A DNA stretch of 64,000 nt from a virus, in the IMG/VR virus record IMGVR_UViG_3300018057_000010, positions 15,138-79,137 of that record. One strand, written 5' to 3'. Under the pieces are notes generated by a model, which saw only the letters and a list, made by a program, of their open reading frames with translations, had not been told where the DNA came from and did not search any database. Every line of letters begins with the position of its first letter. Within the stretch, counting starts at the first letter, position 1. Below are positions 22,345 through 33,900 of the stretch, in pieces. The position numbers and the translations under genes were made by a program.

Positions 22345-22809
22345 CTAGGCAATTAGGCTGTTGTAAATCGCATCTGGCAAGTCATAAGTGCGCCGTGCTA
22401 CAAAGATCGATACACCCTTTTCAGCACACATCTCGATACGGTTTTCGAGCGAAAGACTTTCCCAATAGGACATAGCTTCCTCATATTCAAGGTTGCTCCA
22501 GTCGTCCTCACACAACACGGGATAGTCTTCAAGCTTGCTTTCCATCTCTTCTGCTAGCTTAATTTGTTCCGTTGCTGTCTTGTGTATCGCTATCCATTCA
22601 ATCCAGCCGCAAGCCCAATGCGATTCTCGGACCACGGTTACAAGAGAGATGCCGTTGTCATCCTCTCCCGTTTCTCCGCCTAAACGCTCCAAGGCAACGC
22701 GGAAGTTACTCCGCTGCAATGCGCTGGAATCTCTGTTTTGACCAAGGAATATGTAATAGTCAGGCCATGAGGCGCCACAATAAGAGTCTGGAAGGGTCCA
22801 AAGGTTCAC
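22345..22809 (-). CDS. Hypothetical phage protein
   Basis: SNF...HWACGWIEWI...LEDYPVL motif; RBS. Confidence 0.65.
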   Translation of the reverse strand: MNLWTLPDSYCGASWPDYYIFLGQNRDSSALQRSNFRVALERLGGETGEDDNGISLVTVVRESHWACGWIEWIAIHKTATEQIKLAEEMESKLEDYPVLCEDDWSNLEYEEAMSYWESLSLENRIEMCAEKGVSIFVARRTYDLPDAIYNSLIA

Positions 22810-23100
22810 AGGGAGCCGCCTTTCGTTGCAGGCAAGATGCGATATGCACGTGACAACTCTTCAACGGTGCCTTTTGTAAAAGATTCCCATTTGCCATTGA
22901 CTAGGCGCTCCGTATAAAGCTGTAAGACTCTGGAATCATTCACATAAGAATGTGCGGTAGAAATTCTAAATATCTCTCCGGGGTATGCTGCCAGCCCAAA
23001 AGTAGCGGGAAACTTGGTTATCGCTGCATCTACTAAAGCTCTCTGTTCTGCGTATCCAATCATTTACTCATCTCCTGACAGCTGGTAGCTGTCAGATATG

Positions 23101-23130
23101 ATCCTGCTACAAGCGGAGAGTGTACGTCAA
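23101..23130 (-). promoter_or_regulatory. Sigma70-like promoter TTGACG-N18-CAGGAT
   Basis: Directly upstream of hairpin 23075-23095 and RBS; AT-rich UP region. Confidence 0.5.
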
Positions 23131-23483
23131 GCAAATTTTATTATTTATCGGAGTGGCAATAGAAAAGGGGCGACCGTTACGCCGTCGCCCCATGTGCAGG
23201 TAACCAGCCTGCAAGCGTTCTACCGTGCGGAGATTAAGCACGGAAAGAAGTTAAGAAGATCTTCCAAAGCTCCAACACTGCCATTGCGAGTCATCTGTAA
23301 GGTATTCAAGCACCTTCCCGAGATCTTCTGACTTGACTTTATAGGTGCGGTGATTGTAGCCAAGGTAATGAGGGAGATCTTTCCCGATATCGGATTCCTC
23401 AATCACCATAACCTGTCTGTAGCAGCTTGAAGGTCGCCCCCAAGCGTTAAGACCTGAGCTAGGCTTCCTCTCTGTGATGACTT

Positions 23484-24113
23484 TCATAGCTCCTCATCTC
23501 CCCATGCGGCTTTGGCGGCCGCTTTCTCGCTCGCGAGTAACGCTTTGGTCTCTGCATCGAACATTTGCGTAATGTCTTCATCGCGGTCTAACAGAGCGAT
23601 CCAATCCCGCTCAATCGAGCCTTGTCTCGCGATAATCAAAATACCATCCTCACGGGGAATAGCCTTAAAACTGGTAACGTAAGACAGTGGAGAAATAGGT
23701 GCAACATACGTGCCATAGAATTCACACCCAAAGTGGTGACGTACATCCGGTTGCGTTTCCGAGTACCCACGTTTGCCGCCTAGATGAGCGCAAAAACTAG
23801 CCGCACCGCCTAAGTAAACGAACCCTTTCGGCTGCCCGTGGGGGTATCCATTCGTGTTTGAGGACGGAATAAACACGGCTCGCTCAAATAGATCGGAGAA
23901 TTTTGAAGCGGCTGGAAAAGCTAAGGCGCGAGAGGTTCTCTTACCCGCTTTCGCAGTAGCAAAAACAGACGGAACCCATGTGTATTTAGCTAGACGCTCC
24001 CAGAGCTTACCGCCAACTAGAGAACAGAATTCTTGAAAGGTCGTTGCTGCTTCGAATTCTTTCGCGTGCTCGTCGAATTCGGCATAAAAATCAAATGCGT
24101 TACTGTATGACAT
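23484..24113 (-). CDS. Hypothetical protein
   Basis: GGGGAGA RBS plus hairpin cassette. Confidence 0.6.
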   Translation of the reverse strand: MSYSNAFDFYAEFDEHAKEFEAATTFQEFCSLVGGKLWERLAKYTWVPSVFATAKAGKRTSRALAFPAASKFSDLFERAVFIPSSNTNGYPHGQPKGFVYLGGAASFCAHLGGKRGYSETQPDVRHHFGCEFYGTYVAPISPLSYVTSFKAIPREDGILIIARQGSIERDWIALLDRDEDITQMFDAETKALLASEKAAAKAAWGDEEL

Positions 24114-24412
24114 TGGTTCTCCCCGCAGTGATCGGTTATCACTGCCTGTTGCTTAGTTAGTCTTGCGTGCTCTCCAGTTGTAGCCATCGGTGTACAGAGT
24201 CCACCCTTCAGGCAACGCCAAAAGGCACTCTTGCTCAGTTGGCGATGGCCCAACAGCGCAATTCGTTTCAGGGTCACGCGCAACGAACGAAAGGTCGCCG
24301 TCTCCAGGTGCATAGGCATGGATAACAGCGATACGGTCACCGTATTCATCGCGTCTGACTACTTCACTCTTGCTCATACTCTTCCCCCTAACGGCTGGTT
24401 GCCGTTAGTCCA

Positions 24413-24442
24413 ATAATCGGACAGACGCGCCTCTCCCGTCAA
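24413..24442 (-). promoter_or_regulatory. Sigma70-like promoter TTGACG-N18-GATTAT
   Basis: Directly upstream of hairpin 24388-24408 and RBS. Confidence 0.55.
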
Positions 24443-24478
24443 GATAATTCAAATAATTATCTAGCAGGGAGAGGCCTT

Positions 24479-24733
24479 TTACTGAGCTTGCTGTGTGTCC
24501 TGACGAGCTTCCACGCGCGCCAAACGCTCTAAAAGTCTAGCGTAATCAGTAACTTGCAAGATATCCCGCTTGACGTCTACCCGCATTTCCTTAAGATCGG
24601 CGCCCAATGTTTGCAGCTGCTTTTCCAGCCGTTCGAATGAGCGGCGGATTTCGGCCATTTGTTCCGCCTGCGTGGCCAGCTGCGGAGCTAGAAAGTCTTG
24701 GATCACTTGCCGGATGTCTTCAATCGTTCCCAT
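24479..24733 (-). CDS. Small coiled-coil protein
   Basis: AGGGGG RBS; heptad pattern. Confidence 0.55.
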   Translation of the reverse strand: MGTIEDIRQVIQDFLAPQLATQAEQMAEIRRSFERLEKQLQTLGADLKEMRVDVKRDILQVTDYARLLERLARVEARQDTQQAQ

Positions 24734-25017
24734 AGTTCCCCCTTGGTGCTTGTAGGTTATCGCTCGCGCAAATTCGGAGCAACCGAATCGCACGCCCGAA
24801 TATTTGTAGCACATTTTCGGTTCGCTCTGCCTTAAAACAATCGCAGGTAACCGGATAGGGTATATAAAGGCAAGTGAAGAAATCCCACGCCCAAATGGAC
24901 AACGGCATCTGGCCCCCATCGGAGATTCATAACTCGCGCCTAACTTCTTCCTTGACACACCCAGCAAATTGTTTTAATTTGCCGAATGTAGCAGATTCAT
25001 CCAAGGGAGAAAAATAA

Positions 25018-25437
25018 ATGACTACACCGGCCGATACTCCAAAAGAGAAGAACCAACTTTTCGGAGAGCGAGAGCAAGCACAGCCGCAAGCGCAAGCGCA
25101 ACCAGCGGCAGCGGCAAAGCGTAAAGGGGGAAGGCCAGCACAGCCAGAACCTAGCCCACATCAACCGCCGAAGGGGAAACCGTTAACGGAACAAGTGATG
25201 CAAGCCTTGCGGAAGCTTGAATCCGACATCAAAATGCCTGTAATGGTATCGCAAGTGTTACGCCATTTGGGAAGCGATATCAGAAAAGCGGATTTCGATA
25301 GCGCTGTCGTTCAGTTGATCATGGCGAAAAAATTAACTCTTGTGTGGAATGTTCCGCCTGAGGGGCACTCGATCAATGAATACGAAGAGCTAACCGTACA
25401 TACCTACTTCGCTGTGATGCGGACACAGGAAAGCTAG
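25018..25437 (+). CDS. Putative winged-helix DNA-binding protein
   Basis: AGGGAG RBS; KRKGGRP AT-hook-like motif and wHTH-like C-terminus. Confidence 0.5.
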   Translation: MTTPADTPKEKNQLFGEREQAQPQAQAQPAAAAKRKGGRPAQPEPSPHQPPKGKPLTEQVMQALRKLESDIKMPVMVSQVLRHLGSDIRKADFDSAVVQLIMAKKLTLVWNVPPEGHSINEYEELTVHTYFAVMRTQES

Positions 25438-26079
25438 CCGATAGCACGGGCAAGGTTCGCCACTCTGCCCGTGCTGTTCTAAACCCATCGCAAGTCACTC
25501 AAGAGCCCGCCTTTTGGCGGGTTTTTTTGCAGCGTGGACAGGGGCAGCCCTCAAGATGCACGGGAGTTATTTTCGAACCCAGCATCGAATCGTTCCAATG
25601 GGAGGAACGGCAATGGGGGCAAGTCCGGCTAGGCGTTGGCTTGGGAAGCCAAACGTGCTCGCACTCGTCGCACATACAGCACCATCGAAAGATATAGCCC
25701 ATAACAAAAGAACGCCCCACACAGGAACTGTAGAGGCGTTTGGCATAACCGCAGATATAGGCAGCATACGACCGGCCGCCAGCGCGATGCAAGCCGAATA
25801 GCACGCCCGCAAAGAATAACTTGAAAGCTATCTGCAAATTATTTATATTTTCAGAGCGGAAAAGGGAGCCGCAACGCCGTGATAAAGAAAATCAAATCAA
25901 TTGCCATCTCCAAAGAGCTGGACGAAGGCCACGTCCGGCTATACGCCGAAGCGTCCATCGAAATCGAAGAGGTTTCTCAGACTATTCGCCAAGAAGTAAT
26001 GTATCTCACGAAAACGCTGCTGCAGATCGGATTCACTGCACAGGAGATCATGGACGCAAAAACCTAACTGGGAGATGGC

Positions 26080-26490
26080 GTGACGGCAGACGAAAGGAAC
26101 AACATGTCAGGGGGATTGGATGATTACACGCTGAAAGAATTACTTGATGCCGTGAAACGAAAAAGAGAGAAAGGAGAGAAACTTACACGGGGACGACCGG
26201 AAGCGCCACAGCCGTGTAAGTGGTGTGGCATACCGATGAATTGGAGAACGAGAGAACACCATGAACCTAGATGCGAAAAGAATCCTTTAGTGGGGATCGA
26301 AACAAAGGGATTTCATCGCCCTGTGAAGTCCTCTCAGCTGAAACGCATTCGCAAGACAGCTACGCGAATGTTAGGCAAACCGATAGAAGTTACGTATGAC
26401 AATGAAAAGGACCGCTTCATCGTCGTCGATCCGAAAACCGGCCAAAAGTGGATAGTTTCTGGATCTTCGACGAATTTCGAGCTGGTCTGA
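26080..26490 (+). CDS. Hypothetical Zn-binding protein
   Basis: CKWC...HEPRC; GGAGA RBS. Confidence 0.55.
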   Translation: MTADERNNMSGGLDDYTLKELLDAVKRKREKGEKLTRGRPEAPQPCKWCGIPMNWRTREHHEPRCEKNPLVGIETKGFHRPVKSSQLKRIRKTATRMLGKPIEVTYDNEKDRFIVVDPKTGQKWIVSGSSTNFELV

Positions 26491-26517
26491 AACTATAAGC
26501 TCATCGCAAGTAAGGTG

Positions 26518-26559
26518 AAAAAAAGAAGGCCACCCAGGGCGAGTGGCCTTTTTCATTTT
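26518..26559. terminator. Bidirectional intrinsic terminator
   Basis: A-tract, aaggccac...gtggcctt stem, T-tract between convergent genes. Confidence 0.7.
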
Positions 26560-26600
26560 GAACCCATAGCAACAGAATCCCTCAAGCAGTATGCAGCAAT

Positions 26601-27281
26601 TTAGAGATCCTGCCAAATGTAAATCCGGTTTTTTGTCTGGTCGTGCGACCGGCTGCGCAGCCAGGGAAAATACAGGGTTGTGTGCTCTTCCCGCATGATT
26701 TCTTTATCTCCGTGAACCTCTTCGTTGCCGATTAAGACATAGGTAACGCCGGTCCTTAGCAGCTCGTCTTCCTTGATGCCGTACACGCTTCCCCCACCTT
26801 TGGGCGGAGCCTTGCGCGGGTCGGCATATTGCGTGACCCAGCAACCGATGACAACATCGGGGCGATAAGCCGCGATGGCCTCCAGGGCGTCTAGACGCTC
26901 CACAAATGCCCCGTAGCGAATCGTGGGCTGCCGCAGAGCCTTGTAGTATGCCGCGACGTAGGATTGTTCCTGGATGCGGTTATCGGTTGCCGGGATCTTC
27001 AGATGTCTTGCCAGGTCGCCAGCGCCAGAGCCTATCTCGATTGCGCTGCGGTCACCGATAAAGGCTCGCAGCCAATCGACGAGTTCCTGTGTGGGCACGC
27101 CATAACGGGCATGGCAATGGCACCATCCACGTAACGAATCGTTCGAGAACTGATCGTAGTGTGAAGCTGGTAAAAGTTTTATGACGCTGTCGTCATCTAA
27201 TAAGCCGAGGATAGCCTCGGGCTTAGGAAACACGTCGATCCGCATACAGAATAAAATGCACGGAAACGGCGATAACGTCAA
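26601..27281 (-). CDS. SAM-dependent methyltransferase-fold protein
   Basis: AIEIGSGAGDLA motif I. Confidence 0.55.
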   Translation of the reverse strand: MTLSPFPCILFCMRIDVFPKPEAILGLLDDDSVIKLLPASHYDQFSNDSLRGWCHCHARYGVPTQELVDWLRAFIGDRSAIEIGSGAGDLARHLKIPATDNRIQEQSYVAAYYKALRQPTIRYGAFVERLDALEAIAAYRPDVVIGCWVTQYADPRKAPPKGGGSVYGIKEDELLRTGVTYVLIGNEEVHGDKEIMREEHTTLYFPWLRSRSHDQTKNRIYIWQDL

Positions 27282-27643
27282 TTGTATAAAGTGTGAGTGC
27301 CGTCATCGTTCCGTTTGCATAAAACGAGACGCAACTGTTCGCAATTGCGGAACGAACCATAGATAATCCATTGCCCAGGCGGTAGCGCTGAGATGTCGAT
27401 GTTACGCGCTATTACTCTTTCGCCGCTAATGCCAAATCGAGGAGTAGGAATGTAATCGATATCCTCGAAGCGGACTACATACAACTCGCCAAATTGCAGG
27501 TGAGGAGCTTTATCGATGATCTGATAACCCATATAGCCTCCTGAGGCCGTATTTATGCATACTCTAACATAAAGGGGTTTATGTTGTCGCCTTTTCTTTC
27601 ATGCGCTATGATTATCGGCACGGAGTACGAAAGGTTGACGGTC

Positions 27644-28330
27644 ATGCGAGTAGCGATTTACGCCAGAGTGAGCCTGCCCAAGCGGCTGCGGGAGCAAACA
27701 GACGAGGAATTGCGGAAGCGTCAGCAGGAAGTAAAGAACCAATTGCTGCAGCTGCGTAAGTTTTGCTGGGAACAAAAGTGGGAGATCGTCGAGGAATTCG
27801 TGGACCATAAGACCGGCAAAGACAGTGAGCGGCCTGGATTCCAAGAGATGTTTCAGGCGGCCGAGCGGAAACAATTCGATCTGCTCCTTTTCTGGGCGCT
27901 CGACCGGGTATCTCGCGAGGGAGTTCTCGCAACGCTTAAACACTTCGAACGATTGCGTTTGTTGGGGATTAAGTTTCGCTCCTTCACGGAACCGTACCTG
28001 GATACCTTGGGGCCTTTCGGGGATGTCATCATCGCTCTGCTAGCCGCACTCGCCCAACAGGAGCGCAATCGAATCTCCGAACGCACCAAGGCCGGGATGC
28101 AGCGAGCGGCGGCGGCGGGGAAAAAGTTCGGACGAACGGACGGCAGAAATATCGATCCGCAACAGGCCGCCATGCTGTACGCAAGTAACTTATCGGTCTC
28201 GCAGGTCGCACAACGCCTTCAAATATCAAAGACATGGGCTCATAAACTCATTCGAAAGGGAAATAAAATAGTAGAGAATCCAGTTTCCGGTAACCATGAT
28301 ACTCCAATCGCTACCACCAGCGTAAGCTAG
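27644..28330 (+). CDS. Small serine recombinase (resolvase/invertase) with C-terminal HTH
   Basis: MRVAIYARVS, RPGFQEM, LDRVSR, ERNRISERTKAG, GKKFGR. Confidence 0.9.
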   Translation: MRVAIYARVSLPKRLREQTDEELRKRQQEVKNQLLQLRKFCWEQKWEIVEEFVDHKTGKDSERPGFQEMFQAAERKQFDLLLFWALDRVSREGVLATLKHFERLRLLGIKFRSFTEPYLDTLGPFGDVIIALLAALAQQERNRISERTKAGMQRAAAAGKKFGRTDGRNIDPQQAAMLYASNLSVSQVAQRLQISKTWAHKLIRKGNKIVENPVSGNHDTPIATTSVS

Positions 28331-28715
28331 ATAGTAACCTGAACGCAGTTACGCGAAAATGATCGGATTGGCGACAGGATCTTGAATCAGGTCGAAGGGC
28401 GTGATGATGCGCTGCACGTATCCGCAGAGAGGACACAGCACGAAGGCGGAAGGCACGACATACGCGAAGATAAAGCTCGGAGGATTCCAGGCATTCTCCC
28501 GCACATCCCAGGAGTTGAACCAATGGGCGCAGCCTCCCACCCATAGCCCGATCTGCTCCCCGATCTGCTGTTGGGGGTAGACAATAGTGCCCGGTCCCCC
28601 AGGTTGACTCCAGACCTTCTCCCCATTGACAAGCCCACCGAAGAACAGGCTTCCCAGCAGCGGGATCGTAGCGACGGGATAGGGAGGATTGGACGTGCCC
28701 ACGGCAAAGACTCTA

Positions 28716-28982
28716 TCACGCTTCTTTTTCTTGGGGAAGCTTCTTGATTTTGCAGACAATGCAATCGCAGTCGGGATGGTGCGGAAGCCGGATCTGCCGC
28801 TCGATCACCTGAGCCGGAGCCAGTTTGGGCGCCTTCTTCTGCCGGATGCGCTCATGAAACCAGTTGATCCGCCCGCATTGCGGACACATCTTAGGTGGAG
28901 TGTTATAGCGTGCGGGCCAGATAAAGTGACAGTCCTCGAATTCGCAAACCCAATGCGGAACCAATAACTGTATCTGACCCAT
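28716..28982 (-). CDS. Small Cys-rich Zn-binding protein
   Basis: CEFEDC...CPQC...HHPDCDCIVC; similar Cys pattern to ORF 25499-25837. Confidence 0.5.
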   Translation of the reverse strand: MGQIQLLVPHWVCEFEDCHFIWPARYNTPPKMCPQCGRINWFHERIRQKKAPKLAPAQVIERQIRLPHHPDCDCIVCKIKKLPQEKEA

Positions 28983-28986
28983 ACTT

Positions 28987-29311
28987 ACCTGCAACCATAC
29001 ATCGATGACATCGCTATGCCTGCAACGAAGAGACAATACCTGCAACTGTGGAATCCGATCCGTATCGAGCCATTTGCGAGACCTGCAACTCAACTATATG
29101 ACACGTGTATTTGCAATACCTGCAATATGACCCTGCTCTTCCCGCCTGCAACTTTCAGCGCCTTATCCAGTCTGCAACATAAGCCATTTGCCTGTAATAA
29201 CGTTCTGCGAATCTGCAACGTGGACCAGCTGACAATCACCTGCAACGAACACAGCCCAAGGAACAAACCTGCAACACTCGAATGGAACACATCCTCATTT
29301 CTACCTACAAC
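28987..29311 (-). CRISPR. Micro-array A: ~12 minimal repeats GTTGCAG(G/A) separated by ~11-35 nt unique sequence
   Basis: Exact CTGCAAC on + ending at 28995, 29026, 29046, 29089, 29152, 29178, 29219, 29246, 29275, plus 3 variants; identical to the CRISPR repeat 5' end. Confidence 0.6.
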
Positions 29312-29325
29312 CCTGCCCGCTACTG

Positions 29326-29877
29326 TTATCGGTTAGCCTGAGCCGCGATAAACGAAAATTCGTTTTCCATCCAAAAGTCTACTCGTTCTTGGAGCCAAGC
29401 GGTAACGGTCTGCTTGTTTTCGTCAGCCAGCTGCTGGACAGCTTCCACGTATGACTCTCTGAGCAGCACAGGCACGCGCAGATCGCCGGAGGGGATCAGC
29501 TCCACCACATCTGGGGTAATATTGGCCAGAGCATGGAGCATGAAATCGGGCAGCAACGGAGCCTCTTGGGGGGCAGGCGGTTCCTTACAGATTTCCCTAC
29601 CGGCATCCTCGCTTTGGACTTCGGAGTCGGCCTCCAGGTTTTGAGATAAATCCGTACTATTTTTTGGGTTCTTTTTTGCGCGGCCGGAGGACTTCTTCGG
29701 CGTCATTTCGATCACTTCGGCAGCACTGAAACTGTGGCCGTTTGGACACACAAAGTCAGTTGTTTCGGGGTCCATTTGGAGGGCAAAATCGTTCCCTTCC
29801 AAAGTAGCTGGAATCCTTTGGTGAACGGGAGTCGACTCCCAGTTTTTGAGACATTTCGGACAGCTAAGAAGATCCAT
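29326..29877 (-). CDS. Hypothetical protein (Zn ribbon, RHH-like C-terminus)
   Basis: CPKC...CPNGH; AGGAG RBS. Confidence 0.5.
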   Translation of the reverse strand: MDLLSCPKCLKNWESTPVHQRIPATLEGNDFALQMDPETTDFVCPNGHSFSAAEVIEMTPKKSSGRAKKNPKNSTDLSQNLEADSEVQSEDAGREICKEPPAPQEAPLLPDFMLHALANITPDVVELIPSGDLRVPVLLRESYVEAVQQLADENKQTVTAWLQERVDFWMENEFSFIAAQANR

Positions 29878-30164
29878 TTTCTGCTCCTGATGGGGGCGCC
29901 ATTGGCCCTTTGCGAATCTTTTTCGAACGTGCTTTTGTAGCGCTTTTGACGTTTTCGCGCACAGCGTTGACTTTTGCGTCACTGCGGCTCGCGCCACCTT
30001 TTTTCCCGCCTTGCGAACCTACACACTTTGGGCAGATGAGCGGAGTGTGGTGTATCGGACAAGTTGGCAATGCATCCTCGCGTACTTAGGGTTACCCCTT
30101 TATGTTGGGGATGCCTAATTTTGCACTTAGGAGCCGCGCCGACGCAAGGAGTCCGATTGTCGGA

Positions 30165-30641
30165 CTATTTCTTCATATGGTCGAAGATCATGAAGATGAA
30201 GGTGCCCACGGCCGGGATGCCGAGGATGATCGCTCCCACCCAGCCCAGGGCCTGCAGAGCGCCTTTAACCGTGCCCGTCATTTCCGACTTTGCGGCGATG
30301 AAATCCTCGCGCAGAACCGTCTGCCCGCTGGTGACCTTTTCCTGTAAAGCTTCCTGTCTCTGGCTCAATTCATGCCGCAATTCTTCATGCTTTTCTGTAA
30401 GTTCGCGCCGCAGGGCCATTTGATCGGCCGTAATCTCTTTCCGCATCACCACAAGCTGGCCGGAAATTCCGGTCGATTGTGGGCTCCCATAAATCTCCCT
30501 CATCACCTGCTCCATTTGAGCGCGTAACGTGCCTAGCAGTTCTTCAACGCTCTCCCCGGCCATCTGTGCTTTCCCCTTTGCAAATTTCTGCTGCGACGTC
30601 TTCAGCTCGAACAATTTTGCCGTCACACGACACCGTTCCAT
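30165..30641 (-). CDS. Coiled-coil protein with C-terminal TM helix (holin/XhlA-like)
   Basis: Heptads followed by a hydrophobic C-terminus; downstream of tail-fibre genes. Confidence 0.5.
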   Translation of the reverse strand: MERCRVTAKLFELKTSQQKFAKGKAQMAGESVEELLGTLRAQMEQVMREIYGSPQSTGISGQLVVMRKEITADQMALRRELTEKHEELRHELSQRQEALQEKVTSGQTVLREDFIAAKSEMTGTVKGALQALGWVGAIILGIPAVGTFIFMIFDHMKK

Positions 30642-30646
30642 CTCGT

Positions 30647-30997
30647 CTACACTGCCGTTGCCCCGGTCAGCAGCGTCGTCAGAGAGCTACTCTGTAGCAT
30701 CGCCAGATAAGCCTCTGTCCAAAGGATGTCTTTCACCGTAGTGGGGGCCGTCAAGGGAGAGGTACCCGTTACGGAACCGAACGTCGAGCTGAACAGCGTC
30801 GAGTCGAAGGCATAGCCATCTGTCTTGATGGGCTGCTTCCCATTCGCTGCTGCTGTCTCACTCACATAGATGGCAAAGGAAACGACAGCCGTTTGGGAAA
30901 CATGCGCTATCGAAACATTCGTGATCCGTAAATACGCATTGGTTGCCGTAAGACCTGCATCCGTCGTATAACTCGGTAATTGATATGCCATATTCAT
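30647..30997 (-). CDS. Tail-fibre-associated small protein
   Basis: Immediately downstream of the fibre gene; NAYLRITNV...EAYLAML. Confidence 0.5.
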   Translation of the reverse strand: MNMAYQLPSYTTDAGLTATNAYLRITNVSIAHVSQTAVVSFAIYVSETAAANGKQPIKTDGYAFDSTLFSSTFGSVTGTSPLTAPTTVKDILWTEAYLAMLQSSSLTTLLTGATAV

Positions 30998-30998
30998 C

Positions 30999-33900
30999 CT
31001 ATTTGTTCTTAAGCTGTTTGATTTCCTCTTGTAACGCTTCGATTTCCTTCTGCTGGCGTTGGAACCCGGAAACTAATAGCGCCGTGATGTGCCCGTAGTC
31101 GAGTCCCACCAGTCCGCCGTCGTTGTCATAAGTCGCGATTCTCGGATTTACTTTCACAGCCTCCTCGGCGATAAATCCGACTTCCTCTCGATACGTTGTT
31201 TTGCTTCTGTAGTTGATAGGCCGGAGCTTGAGCAATTGATTCAGAGTAATTTCGGAATCCAACGTTTCCACGTTTGCCTTATATTTAGCAAGCGAACTAC
31301 AGGTTGCAATCTGATACTGGTATCCCGTAGTGCCGCTGTTCCCGTAACACACTTGATTAGTGGTACTCGCGTTGAACGTATTCCACTTGATATCGTTATT
31401 GGACAACAAACTTCCACTGCTATTGGTTGCTATATTCCCGCTCACATTCAACTTATATCCGCCATCGGTCGTGGAGCCAATGGATACGTCGCCGCTCGCA
31501 AAGACGTTAAGGATGTTATCGCTAAACCCTGAAATCCCTATACTTGCAAAATTGGCAGTGCTTGAAGATCCCACATAGTGAAAACCAAAGCTTGCTGAGT
31601 TATCGGTAACAAGAGAATCTACCCCTACATTGATTACGTTATAGTTGCTTGTTGCTAAAGAAGGGGATAGGAACGTAGCTACGGTGTTGGACGCAGTGTT
31701 TGCGGTAGCAGCATGCAAAATTCCCCTGCTAACAGCTGTTCCGGTTATGTAAAACTTATCTCCGCTATCGGTTGTCGTCCCGACGGAGATGTTTCCGCTA
31801 GCAAACAAACTCATCGACGTACTAGACCCGGCAAAATCGAACTCTAGAAAATTGGAAGTGCTGCCACTACCAATGAAATGGTAGAGAAGCCCCATCGCGT
31901 TATTTGTAGTTAGCGCAGTGCCGAGTTGTATCGCCGTGAAGTTCGATGTGGCCAGACTGGGGGATAAGAAAGTAGCTATCGACCCCGACGTAGTGGTAGA
32001 GCCGCTAACCCTGAAAGCAGTTCCACTCCCCGATATCGCTTCGTTTCCAATCACAAATAACTTGACCCCACCATCGGAAGCACCCCCTATGGTTACGTTT
32101 CCCGTGCCGAAAATATTGAAGACCCCATCGGTCCCGAAATCGAGTCCTATATAGTTGCTGCTACTCCCCGAGCCCCCTGCATAATGGAAGCTTAAAGCAG
32201 CCGTGTTCAGCGATGTAGCGCTGTCATGACCAATTAAAATTTGAGCGAAGTTTCCTATGGACAGATTGGAATCTAAAAACGTAGCTAATGATGTGCTCGC
32301 GGCGGAAGGGTTGCTAATAGTTAAGATAGGAGTGGTAGACGATCCTGTCGCCGATACGGCAAGAGACGTGTTGATAGTTGGAGAAGTCTGCAACACAACC
32401 GATTCACTACCCGTTGTTGCTAAATTCCCCAGTGTCCCGGCATTGTCATAGAGCACATATCCCGATGTCCCGCTCGACACAGTGGTTGTTCCCACCGTGA
32501 TGCCCGCAGCAGCTGCCGTGATAGTGCAGGTTGAGCCCAATGTGCAAGTTTGGCCGTTAACCGTGGTACTGGCCGACGAAGCCAACACGATAGATCCGCT
32601 GCCCGTGGTGCCATTACTCAAGTTGGACGCCGCGATCTGTGTGCCGTTTATTCGATAGACTCCAGTTGTATTGATATCCCCGGTTACAGTCAGAGCGTAA
32701 CCGTTGTCTAACGTCGTCCCAATGGCTACATCGGTCGTCCCGAAGATGTTGAGAACATGCTCGGCGCCATACATTCCCATCGAAGCGTAGTTCGTAGGAA
32801 GACCTTCTCCTTCGTAGACAAACCCGAAGTGTGCTGAATCGAAATTCGTTACTCCTGTCGTTCCGATTTCGATGCCGACGCTGTTACCCGCTGTTGTGCT
32901 GTTCGGCGAATAGAGATTCGCAAACGTTGGCTGATCGCCCCCTGCCGAAGTAAAGACATTCAGCGCAGTATCGATCAATGGATTGTTCTGTAGAACAACG
33001 GCGCCCGTGCCGGTATAGCTGGTGAGCGTGACAGTAATCGTGCCGCCAGCCCCGGTCAAAGGAGAATTGCTCACAGACCATTGCGAGGGCATCGCCAAAC
33101 CGACCGTGGCCAACGTGCCGGAATTACATGTGCCGGAAGTAGTCGTCAGCAGCCCGCCCGTGGTGGTCACGACGCATCGACCGGAGGTGAGACCGCTATC
33201 CGTAATGCTCGATGCCGAGAGTCCCGCGCTGAAGGTCTGCGCCGTCGTGAAGGTCCTGGAGACATCCGTGAAGGCCGTCGTCGACGGCAAATCTGCTTCC
33301 ACACTAGCGCGAAAGCTTGGTGTGCCGGATGATCCATTCGGAGAGAAAAAGCCCAGATTCGCCGACTGCGATTGCAGCGTGATGGCAAACGTCCCGGAGG
33401 AAGTAATGGAACTCGGCGTGACTGCCAGCAGCGCCGAAGGCACAGTCATGCCGATGCTGGCCACCGATCCACAGGGAAAGGCCGTGGTCGCCAGCAAGCC
33501 GCCCGTACTGGCCTGCACGCAGTCGCCAGAGGTCAATGCGCTGTCGGTAATATTGGGCGCGGTCAGTGCTCCGGTCATCGTGCCGCCCGACAAATTCAGC
33601 TTGGCGTTCAGCGCGTTTTGAAGGTCGGTTTGATTGCTCAGTGTGCCCGTGATATGTCCCCAGGCGACACTGGAAGCGGTTACTGCAGGGTAGAAGATGC
33701 CGGTCGTCGGATCTTCCCACACATGGATCAGATTGTTGACGGCCGCAGCCGCCAAAGAGGCTGAGATGTTGAGTGCTCCGCCCGCCGTGGTGAAGGTGGT
33801 CGACATGGCTCCGATGCTTCCATCGATGCCGGTGACGGCGATGTGCCAATGCGAGGGACTCGGAACAATCTGCAGGTTGTCCGGGATCGACAACGATAGC

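Noticed and set aside
29016-29336. ORFs rich in LQV/CN/PAT over the micro-arrays (also 52370-52732, 53399-53510, 56530-56852)
   Set aside because: The peptide repeats are just translations of the CCTGCAAC motif; motif spacing is not a constant multiple of three
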